Shown piece by piece: positions 39,163-49,698 of a stretch of DNA of 64,000 nt. The translations under genes and the position numbers were made by a program. Within the stretch, counting starts at the first letter, position 1. Every line of letters begins with the position of its first letter. The stretch comes from Patescibacteria group bacterium. GTDB taxonomy: Bacteria; Patescibacteriota; WWE3; UBA101185; UBA10185. Location of the stretch: positions 108,670 through 172,669 of the forward strand of contig JAHJEV010000003.1 in assembly GCA_018825365.1 (NCBI GenBank). The letters are read 5' to 3'. Below the pieces are notes generated by a model. That model saw only the letters and a program-made list of their open reading frames with translations. It was not told where the DNA came from and did no database searches.

Positions 39163-39261
39163 TTTTTTTCTAAACAGCAGTCAATACGTAATAGTAGAAG
39201 GCTGCTGTTTGATTTGGTATGAAATGCGAGGAGAGAATATAATGTATAATGTCATGGGTTT

Positions 39262-39336
39262 GGGGACGTAGCTCAGTGGTAGAGCAGTGGACTCTTAATC
39301 CATTTGTCGAGGGTTCGAATCCCTCCGTCCTCACCA
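39262..39336 (+). tRNA. tRNA-Lys (CTT)
   Basis: Loop CTCTTAA, CCA. Confidence 0.96.
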
Positions 39337-39370
39337 TTCATAACTTAAAATTAATTTGTATAATAAAGAT

Positions 39371-40114
39371 ATGTCAATAAAAGATTCATTTTCAGAAATA
39401 TTTGATAATAAAAATAGAGTACTTATTATTTTGGGACATCCGGATGATAATGAAATTATCTGCGGGGGTATTGTTGCAAGATTACTAGCAGAAGGGAAAA
39501 AAGTAAGGAACGTAGCTATGACAAATGGAGGTAAGGGGTTTCAAAACAGAACCGACGTGTCAGAGAAAGAGTATTCAGAAATAAGAAAATTTGAACAAGT
39601 AGAAGCTGGAAAAGAACTGGGATTGGCAGAAGAGAATATTTTCAACTTGGATATCCCAGACGGTGAGTTAGAAGATACCGTAGAAAACATTGGAAAAGTA
39701 GTTTTCCATATCAGGCAATTTAAGCCCGATATCATTATTACCCAAAATCCCTTTGATCCTATAAACGCCTTTAATTCAGAAATACATTGGGTAAACCACC
39801 GGGATCATAGGCACACAGCTCTCATAACAATAGACGCAGCCTACCCATATTCAAGAGATAGAGGGTTCTTCCCGGAGCATTTCACAAAATATAATCTTGA
39901 GCCTCACGAAGTTTCAGAGCTTTTGTTTTCAGATGCGTACGCTTATCCAGACGTACGTTACTTTGATATTACTAAATATATTAATAAAAAAAGAAACGCG
40001 TTACTTAAACATAAAAATGCCTTTACCCCTGAAATTGTTGAAGAAGAATTTCTTGAAGAAACAAGACTTGAATCGGGAAAGAACTTTGAAAGATTAAAAT
40101 ACATCAAAATCTAA
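39371..40114 (+). CDS. PIG-L/LmbE family deacetylase
   Basis: GHPDDNE, TNGGKG, HRDH. Confidence 0.92.
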   Translation: MSIKDSFSEIFDNKNRVLIILGHPDDNEIICGGIVARLLAEGKKVRNVAMTNGGKGFQNRTDVSEKEYSEIRKFEQVEAGKELGLAEENIFNLDIPDGELEDTVENIGKVVFHIRQFKPDIIITQNPFDPINAFNSEIHWVNHRDHRHTALITIDAAYPYSRDRGFFPEHFTKYNLEPHEVSELLFSDAYAYPDVRYFDITKYINKKRNALLKHKNAFTPEIVEEEFLEETRLESGKNFERLKYIKI

Positions 40115-40282
40115 TACTCGCGACGGCATCCAATTCTAACTATTTCCTTATCTATACCAATACACGTTGTTTTTCGAGTTGAAATATAAAAAAACGCCCA
40201 AGATCACCAGAACAAACGGGATGTATTCTTTTATCTTTTTAAACCAGCTTTTCTTGGTTGTCATATATGTTATTATTTTAGC

Positions 40283-40654
40283 ATGCTACAAATATTTAAG
40301 TCCCATCACCCTACCAGACACATTAGAAGTTTTAAGCATGCGTTTAACGGAATTTTTCACGCACTCCTAAACGAAGCTAACTTCAGAGCTCAGATTGTAA
40401 TAGTAATCTTTGCAATAATTTTTGGCAAATTACTTAAGATATCAAATGTGGAATGGGCTCTTATAACACTTTCCATGAGCCTTTTACTCGCATCAGAACT
40501 TATAAATACAACCGTGGAAGAAATCATGGATCATTTCGTAAGACATAATAATCAAATTGCAAAAGTAGTTAAGGATTTAACCGCGGGATTTGTTCTAATT
40601 AACGCAATCGGCTCATTAATTGTTTTTTACTTGGTATTTGGAAATAAGATTTAA
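40283..40654 (+). CDS. dgkA: Diacylglycerol/undecaprenol kinase
   Basis: SFKHAFNG, EANFR, ELINT.VE, AKVVKD. Confidence 0.9.
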   Translation: MLQIFKSHHPTRHIRSFKHAFNGIFHALLNEANFRAQIVIVIFAIIFGKLLKISNVEWALITLSMSLLLASELINTTVEEIMDHFVRHNNQIAKVVKDLTAGFVLINAIGSLIVFYLVFGNKI

Positions 40655-42279
40655 AATCCTTTAGCTTTTATATCATCCAAGGTTCCCGTTTCCATTATAT
40701 ATATTCTTACCAGGTCACTTCCATTTCTCGTAAGAGTATGTACGGGCTGGTAACGGGAAATCCAATAAGCGGCCTTATCGTAAATAATATTGTTTTCAAA
40801 GCTTTGGGGGCTTTTAACATATACAAAAAATCCTGCCGCTTCTTTTTCTCTGTCAAACGGAATGTAGTACCTGGAAATTGCCTGTCTCTCGTTTGACATA
40901 TAAGCGGTAACTTCCGGGAAGGATGTTACAAACTCCCTTATCCCCTCCCAATCTCTAAAATAAGGAAAACCAAATAAACTTGAGTGGTACAACAAATTAA
41001 CCTGGGAAAATGTCCAAAACAAAAACTTCTCATGTTCCCACGGGTATTCCTTTGAGTTATCAACATAAATTACATAGGACTGGGCAAGCAAAAATACTGA
41101 AAGTATCACCACCCCGGCGGTATTAACTAGTTTCATTAGGTTATATTCAAATATTTTGAATGTCAGGCTTTCAAGCGTAACAAGACCGTAAGCCAAAAAT
41201 ACAAAGCACGGAATCAGGTAACAATATATGTGGGTTCCCGGAATATGTACATATACCTCGAAAAACAGAAACGGCACTAAAAACCATAAGGTTAATGCGT
41301 AAATTAATAAGTGATTTTCTTGAATTATCTTCATGTGATCAGTTGAGTGAACAAAAAACCTTTTTACAAAACTTGGGAGCTTTTTAAGTTTAAGAATGTG
41401 TCTCGAAGAAAGACCAAGTATTAAAAACATCAAGCCTAAAATGAAAAGGATCCTATAAATATGCACGGTGTATATTGGCTGATAAATTGAAAAAAGATAC
41501 AAAGAGCTTGATATTTTTTGAGACACGTCCCCACTAATTCTCCCTTGCCAATACAACTTCGTTGCGGGACTCAAAGAAAATACAGATGGAATGTAAAAAA
41601 TGAGGATTAAAAAAGCAGAAACTAAACCTGCAAGTACAAAATGCTTAATCTTATCGCTTTTTAACAAAACCTTACTTTTGAACCATTCATATAACAAGTA
41701 GGCCATAAAAGGAAATATAAAAATCCCGTCGTAATGAGATAGCAATGATAATGCCCAGGAAATCAAAGAGATATAAAGACCTTTGACAGCGAAGTCTTTG
41801 TTTTTTACAGCCAGTGACAACGAATATAAAGATAAAACCATAAACAAAATTACGAACGCCTGGTACTGAGCTATTCTTGAAAAAGCGATGAAAAAACCGT
41901 TTGTTGCAAAAAACACTGAGGAGTAAAAAGCTATCTTCTTTCCAAAATAAAGGTTTATAAACTTGTAGAAAATATAAACTGAAAGTAAACCCGCGACAGC
42001 AAAAGGTAACCTTACAAGAAACTGGTTATTGTAATTGTTATCAAAAATCTTTATCAAGAAAGTGATAATAAATTGAATAGGGCCTTTCCTTTGATCCATA
42101 ACAAACTGAAAAAAAGATTGGCCGGAAGGGGGAAAGTACAATGCTTTTATCTCATCTCCCTGGTAATCAGAGTAACCCAAATTTACGAATCTTAAAATAA
42201 AAGATGGGACTAAAATTAAAATCAGACAAATGTTTTCTTTTGTCCATTTAAAAATCCTTTTAAGCCCCATCATATTCAT
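40651..42279 (-). CDS. GT-C (family 39) glycosyltransferase
   Basis: RFVNLG.SDYQGDE, RLPFA..G, SRIAQYQ, HYDG. Confidence 0.82.
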   Translation of the reverse strand: MNMMGLKRIFKWTKENICLILILVPSFILRFVNLGYSDYQGDEIKALYFPPSGQSFFQFVMDQRKGPIQFIITFLIKIFDNNYNNQFLVRLPFAVAGLLSVYIFYKFINLYFGKKIAFYSSVFFATNGFFIAFSRIAQYQAFVILFMVLSLYSLSLAVKNKDFAVKGLYISLISWALSLLSHYDGIFIFPFMAYLLYEWFKSKVLLKSDKIKHFVLAGLVSAFLILIFYIPSVFSLSPATKLYWQGRISGDVSQKISSSLYLFSIYQPIYTVHIYRILFILGLMFLILGLSSRHILKLKKLPSFVKRFFVHSTDHMKIIQENHLLIYALTLWFLVPFLFFEVYVHIPGTHIYCYLIPCFVFLAYGLVTLESLTFKIFEYNLMKLVNTAGVVILSVFLLAQSYVIYVDNSKEYPWEHEKFLFWTFSQVNLLYHSSLFGFPYFRDWEGIREFVTSFPEVTAYMSNERQAISRYYIPFDREKEAAGFFVYVKSPQSFENNIIYDKAAYWISRYQPVHTLTRNGSDLVRIYIMETGTLDDIKAKGF

Positions 42280-44330
42280 TTTACACCATAAACAAAAAGC
42301 TCATTCATCGCCCTTGTTACAGCAACAAAGGCTTTTCTGGCCTCAGGGAGGATTTTAATCTTTTTTAAATTTAGTCCTAAAATATATACCTTAGAAAACT
42401 CAAGACCCTTACAATCATCAGCCGACATTAAATAAACTCCTCTTGGAACGTAAGTTATTTTTTTTGTTGACTCAAGTTTTATCACCTTATCCTTTAGGGA
42501 TTTGATCTTTGAAAGGATTTGTTCCGCTTTTTCAGTATCACCAAAGCAAATTATCCCGATACTTTTATCTATTTTTTTCGAATCTCCTTTTATTCCCTCT
42601 TCAAATTTCTTATACACCCCATCGATATCCTGGAACAAGATCTCAACAGGATCATCACCAACCCGATTAATAGATTTGGGTAAATACTTGTTCGAGTAGT
42701 TTCTAAGAACTTTATTTGCAAATATTATAATTTGTTTTGTACTTCTGTAATTCTTATCCAACTCAAATTTAATTGCTACTCTTGCTTCTTTAATGACATC
42801 CGGAATTATTTCCCAATTTTCTATTCCGTTTTCCTGAAGAGTCTGATTCAAGTCACCAAAAAGAGCAAACCTTCCTCTCAAAACAACTTTGCTTAAGAAT
42901 AAATACTCAAGCGGACTAAAATCCTGAGCCTCATCAACAACACAATACTCATATTTCCTAAACTTTGTGAGTCCAACAAGTTCTGAGTAAATATAAAGGT
43001 AGGCTAAAACTTTTGAGTAGTTAAGCTTTTTGTTTATGTCAAGACCCGTTTTTTTTGCGACCCTTTTGATAGTTTTTTCTTTAATCTCACTTTTTAAAAC
43101 GTTTGCCTGTCTTAATATTTTTCTTAGAGCCAAAATATTTTCTTTATATAACCACGCCTGTATGGAATCTGGGTTTTTAGCGAACCGCTCTTTCTGAACC
43201 GTAAGCTCCTCAGTAATATCCTCCAAAATATCCGTTATATTTTCGTACGGTGTTTGGTTGTAGCTATATTTAAAACTTGCGAACGTTCCGAGCTCCGGGT
43301 CTTTGAATATTTTATTTATTTTTCTTTCGTACTCCTTTTGAGCTAACAAAACAGACTTCATCAATTTTTTAACGCCGGTTGGATTAAATTCAGAAAGGTT
43401 TCGGGTGTCTGCAAGATCATAATTTGCTTTAAGCCCCTCCTGAAACATTAAATTGTATGCTACGTCCTTGACGGTTTTATAAGTAAGATCAAAAATACCT
43501 AGTCTTGGAAAAAGAGTAGAAAGATAGCCCGCAAGGATCTGACTTTTGGCAACAAGCAAGCATCTTTCGGGATGAATGAGGTTTGGGTAGTTAAAAAAGA
43601 TGTGCGCAAGCTTGTGGATTGCTACAGTGCTTTTACCGCTGCCAACGCAACCCTGAACCACACAAATTTGTCTGGGGTCAGCTTCTATAATATCAAGCTG
43701 GGACTCCTGTATTGTCTGAACTATGTCCTCCAATACTCCTCCCGATCTCGTTTTTATTTTCTCTATAATTACTGTTGATTCATCTAATTGAAGGTCGTTA
43801 TCAAAATAACCAACAAGTTTTCCATCCTGAATCTCAAAGGTTCTTTTAATCTTTAAGTCTCTTGTTTGCTTACCAAGGGGAGTTTCATAAAAAACACCTT
43901 TTTGTGGGTACCTGTATCTGTAATAAACCGATGCCACCTTGCTTCTCCAGTCAGTAATAATCGGTTTTTTCTCAGTAAAAGAAAACTTTCCGATGTAAAA
44001 CTTATCCGTCTTTTTAAACGAGGGGTCAAATAAATCTATTCTTGAAAAATAAGGTTCGCTTAAAAGAAAGCCTATTTCCTCAAGTGACTTGTATTTTCCT
44101 TTTATATTTAAGGCGGCATTTTTTTGGTGAAGCTGCTCAAGTAAAACATCAAAATCAGATGTCTGATAGCCATAAGAGCTGCCACCGCTTTCCCTTAACT
44201 CCTTAAGTCTTTCAAGATTTTCGGAACTTATAACATCAAGTTTCAAAGTTGCAGATTTTCTAGCTTTCTTAAGCTTTAGAATAGTTGTTTTAAGATGTGA
44301 TTCTTCTTCTTTTCTTACTTTGGGTTTCAT
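42276..44330 (-). CDS. HelD-like SF1 helicase/ATPase
   Basis: PYFSRID, DWRS, IVQTIQESQ, GCVGSGKS, VDEAQD, NYRST, KGLEF, VTRA. Confidence 0.88.
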   Translation of the reverse strand: MKPKVRKEEESHLKTTILKLKKARKSATLKLDVISSENLERLKELRESGGSSYGYQTSDFDVLLEQLHQKNAALNIKGKYKSLEEIGFLLSEPYFSRIDLFDPSFKKTDKFYIGKFSFTEKKPIITDWRSKVASVYYRYRYPQKGVFYETPLGKQTRDLKIKRTFEIQDGKLVGYFDNDLQLDESTVIIEKIKTRSGGVLEDIVQTIQESQLDIIEADPRQICVVQGCVGSGKSTVAIHKLAHIFFNYPNLIHPERCLLVAKSQILAGYLSTLFPRLGIFDLTYKTVKDVAYNLMFQEGLKANYDLADTRNLSEFNPTGVKKLMKSVLLAQKEYERKINKIFKDPELGTFASFKYSYNQTPYENITDILEDITEELTVQKERFAKNPDSIQAWLYKENILALRKILRQANVLKSEIKEKTIKRVAKKTGLDINKKLNYSKVLAYLYIYSELVGLTKFRKYEYCVVDEAQDFSPLEYLFLSKVVLRGRFALFGDLNQTLQENGIENWEIIPDVIKEARVAIKFELDKNYRSTKQIIIFANKVLRNYSNKYLPKSINRVGDDPVEILFQDIDGVYKKFEEGIKGDSKKIDKSIGIICFGDTEKAEQILSKIKSLKDKVIKLESTKKITYVPRGVYLMSADDCKGLEFSKVYILGLNLKKIKILPEARKAFVAVTRAMNELFVYGVK

Positions 44331-45013
44331 AGTTCAAAACCTTCCTTGGCAACTAAAACAACAAACTCCCCTTTAAGTTTGGAATTGGAGTAAATATTTA
44401 ATAAATCTGAGATACTTCCTCTAATGATTTTTTCGTGAAGCTTTGTCATTTCGTTTGCAAGGCATACATGGCGCTTTCCCAGTGACTCATTAATTTCCTC
44501 CAAAAGCTTTATTATCCTAAAAGGAGATTCGTAAATAATTAATGTAGCCTCCTTATCACCGTATGATTTGAGAAGTTTTACCCGATCGTTTTTTGATTTT
44601 GGTAAAAAACCCAAAAAACTAAACTTATCGGTAGGAAAACCCGACTCAACAAGAGCCGATATTAAAGCGGAAGGACCAGGTATAGATTGGACTACAAAAT
44701 CCTTTTTAATCAGTTCCCTAACAAGTTTGTACCCCGGATCTGATATTAAAGGTGTACCACTATCGGAAATCAAGGCAGCATTCTGCCCAGATTCAAGTAT
44801 GTCCACTATTTTAGGAAGCATGGTGGGGTGATTTTGGTCCCTGTACGATAGCTGGGACTTTGAAATCTCATATTTCTTGAGTATTTTATCGGTTTCCCTT
44901 GTATCTTCAGAAATAATAAGGTCAACGCCCCTAAGTATTTCCAGAGCTCTGAGGGTTATGTCGGACATATTTCCGATTGGCGTTGCAACAATAAATAGAA
45001 TTCCTCTGCTCAT
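44327..45013 (-). CDS. rsmI: 16S rRNA C1402 2'-O-methyltransferase
   Basis: VATPIGN..DITLRA, EDTR, SDSGTPLISDPG, YESPFR. Confidence 0.95.
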   Translation of the reverse strand: MSRGILFIVATPIGNMSDITLRALEILRGVDLIISEDTRETDKILKKYEISKSQLSYRDQNHPTMLPKIVDILESGQNAALISDSGTPLISDPGYKLVRELIKKDFVVQSIPGPSALISALVESGFPTDKFSFLGFLPKSKNDRVKLLKSYGDKEATLIIYESPFRIIKLLEEINESLGKRHVCLANEMTKLHEKIIRGSISDLLNIYSNSKLKGEFVVLVAKEGFEL

Positions 45014-45119
45014 ATTTACCAAAAACCTCTTTTACGACGCTCTATTCTAGCACTTTTTAAGGAAAATTTCAGAAAATCGTACTTGAACACCGTGTTGGAA
45101 ACTTACTGAAAAACGTATT

Positions 45120-45332
45120 TCACAAAATAGTCTGCAAATATAAAACCCCCTTCTGATTTAAGGAGGGGGTAAGAACCAAACGGCAACTCCAACGACTGTG
45201 ACCGCCAAGGGAAGCAGGATATAGATCGTGTATGTTGCCACAAGTTTTTCGCTCACGTAGAAAGAACATTAGCAAACTAACCAAGGCGACAGCACACATA
45301 GCTGTCAAGATCAGCTTACCTAACGTGGTCAT
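45120..45332 (-). CDS. Small hypothetical membrane protein
   Basis: AGGAG RBS, N-terminal hydrophobic helix. Confidence 0.4.
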   Translation of the reverse strand: MTTLGKLILTAMCAVALVSLLMFFLRERKTCGNIHDLYPASLGGHSRWSCRLVLTPSLNQKGVLYLQTIL

Positions 45333-45513
45333 TTTAGTCTCCTTTTCCTGTTTTTTGGCTGTCGAAATAGTACCAACAGCTTAATATTATGCCTATTGTA
45401 ACACAGAAACAGGAATCGAACCGTTTTTTAGAAGATAGGGTGTTGTAAAAATACCAATTTGCTACATAATTTTGAGTTGGTATAACAATGAAAACGCTGG
45501 TTGAAAGTTAAAT

Positions 45514-45690
45514 CTACTTAAGCTTTTGAACTTCTTTGTGAAGTGTGTGTTTTCTCAGCTTTGGGTTGTATTTTTTCAATTCAATCTTTTCCGTGCTATT
45601 AACACGATTTTTCTCGGTTATGTAGGAACGCATACCGGTTTCGGTGCATTCCATAGCTATTAATATTCGATTACCTTTCTTTTTTGCCAC
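45514..45690 (-). CDS. rpmG: 50S ribosomal protein L33
   Basis: MECTE...YITEKNR...ELKKYNPKLRKHTLHKE; GTG start. Confidence 0.95.
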   Translation of the reverse strand: MAKKKGNRILIAMECTETGMRSYITEKNRVNSTEKIELKKYNPKLRKHTLHKEVQKLK

Positions 45691-45734
45691 GTATTGCAAT
45701 ATATTATAAAATCAACTAAATTTCAACTATCTTT

Positions 45735-48176
45735 ATGGAAAGCTACGATCACTCAAAAATAGAAGAAAAATGGAAAGATAAGTGGTTTGAAGATAATGTT
45801 TATGAAGCAATAGACTTTTCCGACAAGCCCAAAAAATACATCCTTGCTGAATTTCCATATCCATCGGGCAAGGCCTTACACGTCGGACATGCGATGAGGT
45901 ACACCGTACCTGATGTTTACTCAAGATTTTTAAGAATGAATGGATATAACGTCATGTTTCCGATGGGTTGGGATGCGTTCGGACTTCCAGCCGAAAATTA
46001 CGCAATAAAAACCGGCGGACATCCTTCAAAGATCAATACTGACATTATCCCGCACTACAAAGATTGCATGATGAGAATGGGCTATGGAGTTGATTGGAAC
46101 CGTGAAATAAACACCACGGACCCAAATTATTACAAGTGGACGCAGTGGTTGTTTTTGAAGTTTTTTGAACAAGGTCTCGCGCAATACAAGGAAACCCCTG
46201 TTTGGTGGTGTGAGAAATTAAAGACAGTTTTAGCCGATGAGGAAGTACTAAACGATAAAGACGGAAATAAAATATCAGAAAGAGATGGAAATCCCGTTGA
46301 AAAGAAAATGCTCAAGCAGTGGGTTCTAAAAATACCTCAGTATGCTGAAAAACTACTGCGGGGATTAAAGGACTTGGATTTTCCTGAAGCTATAAAGATT
46401 GCACAAACAAATTGGATAGGAAAAAGCGAAGGTGCTGAGATTGATTTTGAAATAGAAGGAGAAAAGGTGAGTATTTTCACAACAAGACCAGACACTATTT
46501 ATGGGATTACCTTTATGGGAATTGCTCCGGAAAATCCTTTAATAACTAAGATTTTTGAGCATATTAAAAACAAGGATGCGGTTTCTGAATATATAAATAA
46601 ATCAAAAAATAAATCTGATCTTGAAAAACAAATGTTAAAAGAAAAAACCGGGGTTGAACTTAAAGGAATTACCGCAAAATGCTTACTTATTGGTAGGGAA
46701 GTTCCGATTTACGTTGCCGACTATGTTTTGATGGATTATGGAACCGGAGTTGTTATGGCAGTTCCGGCACACGATGAAAGAGACTTCAGCTTTGCTAAAA
46801 AGTATGGGATTGAAATTATTAAAGTTATTGAAGGAAATGATAAAAAAACAGATTTGTATATAGGTGAGGGAATAATGATAAACAGTGATAAATACAATGG
46901 CATGAAATCAGAAGACTTCAAACTAAAAATAGTTGAAGATTTAGAGCGGGAGGGTGTTGGGAAGAAGGCTGTAAGTTACAAAATCAGAGACTGGGTATTC
47001 TCAAGACAGAGGTATTGGGGTGAGCCATTTCCACTATTACATCTTGAAGATGGTTCTGTAGTGGCAATCTGCGACACAAATAACCCCAAGCAAGTAAAAG
47101 AGATGCTTCCCGTTACGTTACCAGATGTTCCCGATTACTCACCTACTTCTGACGGATCTTCGCCCTTAGATAAAAATAAAGAGTGGGTAAATATTGAATT
47201 TAAAGGTAGAAAAGCAAAAAGAGAGACCGATACAATGCCTAATTGGGCCGGATCTTGTTGGTACTACCTTAGATACTGCGATCCAAAAAATGACGAGACA
47301 TTTGCAGATATGGAAAAACTTAAATACTGGTTGCCTGTTGATAAGTATTTTGGAGGTGCGGAACATACAACGATGCACCTACTCTACTCACGTTTCTGGC
47401 ATAAGTTCTTATATGATCAAAAACTTGTTCCGACCGAAGAACCCTATCAATGGAGGTTAAACGGCGGGCTTTTACTGGGAGCAGATGGAAGAAAAATGTC
47501 CAAGTCCTACGGAAATACGGTAGAACCTATGGAGTATGTAGATCAATATGGTGCGGACTCAACAAGAATGAGCATTTGCTTTTTAGGGCCGTATGAAGAC
47601 ACATATCCTTGGAATACAAACAGCATTAAGGCTGTTCGTAAATTGATCTCAAATGTTTACCAGATGAAAAACAAGATTACTAACGACCCCGCATCGAAGG
47701 AAATTACAAAAGCGTACAACTTAATGCTTAAAAATGCTACGAGTATGATTGAAGCGCTGAAAATGAATACTTGCATAAGTGAGTTTATGATTTTTATTAA
47801 TATTCTTAAAAAAGAAACGAAAATAAATAAGGAAATTTACAAAGGCTTTATAAAAGCATTCGCTCCGTTCGCACCTTTCGCTTCTGAAGATATTTGGCAG
47901 GAAATTAATGGCTATAGAAAGTGGAAAAAGGAAAACAGTGTGCACTTACAGCAGTGGCCAAAATTCGATATAAACGTGCTAGAAGAAGACACAGTTTTAA
48001 TACCGGTTCAAATAAACGGCAGGGTTAAAGCAGAAATTGAAATTACAAGGGATGCTGATGAAAATGGAGCCAAAAAAACCGCTTTAAACAACGAGAAAAT
48101 AAAGGGTCTAATCGGGGATAAAAAGCTACTTAGTGTTATTTATGTAAAAAATAGAATTATTAATTTACTTCTTTGA
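45735..48176 (+). CDS. leuS: Leucine--tRNA ligase
   Basis: FPYPSGKALHVGH, GWDAFGLPAEN, FTTRPDT, SRQRYWG, KMSKS. Confidence 0.97.
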   Translation: MESYDHSKIEEKWKDKWFEDNVYEAIDFSDKPKKYILAEFPYPSGKALHVGHAMRYTVPDVYSRFLRMNGYNVMFPMGWDAFGLPAENYAIKTGGHPSKINTDIIPHYKDCMMRMGYGVDWNREINTTDPNYYKWTQWLFLKFFEQGLAQYKETPVWWCEKLKTVLADEEVLNDKDGNKISERDGNPVEKKMLKQWVLKIPQYAEKLLRGLKDLDFPEAIKIAQTNWIGKSEGAEIDFEIEGEKVSIFTTRPDTIYGITFMGIAPENPLITKIFEHIKNKDAVSEYINKSKNKSDLEKQMLKEKTGVELKGITAKCLLIGREVPIYVADYVLMDYGTGVVMAVPAHDERDFSFAKKYGIEIIKVIEGNDKKTDLYIGEGIMINSDKYNGMKSEDFKLKIVEDLEREGVGKKAVSYKIRDWVFSRQRYWGEPFPLLHLEDGSVVAICDTNNPKQVKEMLPVTLPDVPDYSPTSDGSSPLDKNKEWVNIEFKGRKAKRETDTMPNWAGSCWYYLRYCDPKNDETFADMEKLKYWLPVDKYFGGAEHTTMHLLYSRFWHKFLYDQKLVPTEEPYQWRLNGGLLLGADGRKMSKSYGNTVEPMEYVDQYGADSTRMSICFLGPYEDTYPWNTNSIKAVRKLISNVYQMKNKITNDPASKEITKAYNLMLKNATSMIEALKMNTCISEFMIFINILKKETKINKEIYKGFIKAFAPFAPFASEDIWQEINGYRKWKKENSVHLQQWPKFDINVLEEDTVLIPVQINGRVKAEIEITRDADENGAKKTALNNEKIKGLIGDKKLLSVIYVKNRIINLLL

Positions 48177-48207
48177 CATTTTCAGAATAACAAATTAAAA
48201 TACTACT

Positions 48208-48418
48208 AGGTCTAATCGGGAGACTGAAGTTGGCTCGTTCGTGGATCGTTCGTGGAATGTCTGACAAGCTCGTAGATGGATGTTCGTAACTTGTTCAGTC
48301 CCGATGTTTAAACGGTGTCACACCGCACACGTTAAACCTGAGCAAATCATCTAAATCGGTGTTGCTTAAAGGGCTGTGCGGTTGTCTCCTCTTACAACTT
48401 CTCAGCCCGATTTTTTTT
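48208..48418 (+). ncRNA. Structured ~200-nt ncRNA, 6S-like candidate
   Basis: TTGACA...TAAAAT promoter at the leuS end; 5' and 3' ends complementary; internal rod; T8 tail. Confidence 0.45.
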
Positions 48419-48428
48419 AAAGATGTAG

Positions 48429-49169
48429 CTATTTCAATCTAAAGGTTACGGTAACCGTTTTTGAAACTGTTGTGGACCCCGTCTCAATTGGGAGACCCCC
48501 GCCTCCCCCACCGAAACCTTTTAAATCACCGTACGCTACCGACCCGTTGTAATTAGAACCCTCAACTATACTAATGACCTCCCCCAATTTCTTTCCGCCT
48601 GCTTTGGCGATCTTTTCAGCTTTAGTTTTGGCATCAACTATGGCTTTGACTAAAATAGAAGCCTCGTCAACTTGGGTCTGATCTATAGTGAGATTTGGAC
48701 CGTACATTGTCGTTTTTTCAAACTTAACTAACAACGCTGTAAGTGCATCGGATTTAGTTAAATCCCTTAAAGTTATTGAGATTGAATAATTCGCATGCCA
48801 ATCACCCGGTTTATAAACTGTAGTACCCTTTTCATAGTAAGGATCCTGGTTTTGATAGATATTCATATTTTGAGTAAGAATATCCTTATCCGGAATACCA
48901 AAATTTGACAGTGCACCAGCAATTTCGTTGGCCCTTGCAGCTGCTTCGTCTACGGCCAACTGCTTGTCCTTATTCTGAATATCCACACTAACACTAAAGG
49001 TAGCTATCTGGTTGGAAACTTGAGATTGCGCCGAGCCTATAACAGTTATTGTTTTTACGGTCTTACATTTATAGAAAAGGTAGTATACAATGCACAAAAC
49101 TAGAAGTGATGTGGCCAAAAAAATAACTAAACGTATATGTCTTCTACACAGGGCTATGATTTTTTCCAT
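48429..49169 (-). CDS. SIMPL (DUF541) domain protein
   Basis: TITVIGSA, AIVDAKTKAEKIA...KLGEVISIVE, V.VTF. Confidence 0.9.
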   Translation of the reverse strand: MEKIIALCRRHIRLVIFLATSLLVLCIVYYLFYKCKTVKTITVIGSAQSQVSNQIATFSVSVDIQNKDKQLAVDEAAARANEIAGALSNFGIPDKDILTQNMNIYQNQDPYYEKGTTVYKPGDWHANYSISITLRDLTKSDALTALLVKFEKTTMYGPNLTIDQTQVDEASILVKAIVDAKTKAEKIAKAGGKKLGEVISIVEGSNYNGSVAYGDLKGFGGGGGGLPIETGSTTVSKTVTVTFRLK

Positions 49170-49185
49170 GTGATAATATTATCAC

Positions 49186-49698
49186 ATGTCAGGGGTTCAA
49201 TTTATTGTGTTTATCCGAGGCTTACCCGGAGCGGGAAAGTCTACCATCTCCAACAAAATATGCAACATTACTGGCTACGTACGTATAGATCCTGACTTAA
49301 TACCAGATAAATACAATATTTCGCTGCATAAAGAGAGGATGAGAAAATACAAAATTTGCCTCAATGAAGCTATAAAGTCTATTAGAAATGGTCTTTCAAT
49401 AGTATGGGCTCAACCTTGGAGAAAAATCAAAAATATCCAGCTTACAATTAACCGCATAAATAACCTTAACGTTAAACCTATATTAGTTAATATAAATATC
49501 CCAGTCGAGGAATCGTGGAATCGTAGCAAAAATAGATTTTATAACAATAGACAAGATTTTGATAATTACATATCCAAGTTTGCTGTTTTTGATAATAATT
49601 TTAAAATCGATTCCGTTGATATTGAGGGTACTGAAGACATCAACACAAATGTAGACAGAATAACGAAATTCTTAAGGAATAATGTGCCAGATGAATAA
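49186..49698 (+). CDS. P-loop kinase (AAA_33-like)
   Basis: RGLPGAGKST. Confidence 0.75.
   Translation: MSGVQFIVFIRGLPGAGKSTISNKICNITGYVRIDPDLIPDKYNISLHKERMRKYKICLNEAIKSIRNGLSIVWAQPWRKIKNIQLTINRINNLNVKPILVNINIPVEESWNRSKNRFYNNRQDFDNYISKFAVFDNNFKIDSVDIEGTEDINTNVDRITKFLRNNVPDE

Noticed and set aside
45195-45225. SRP RNA-like GGAAGCAG
   Set aside because: The complementary CAGG arm and the helix are missing.
48330-48370. tmRNA tag-like ending GTTGCTTAA
   Set aside because: In-frame stop just upstream and no tRNA-Ala-like ends.
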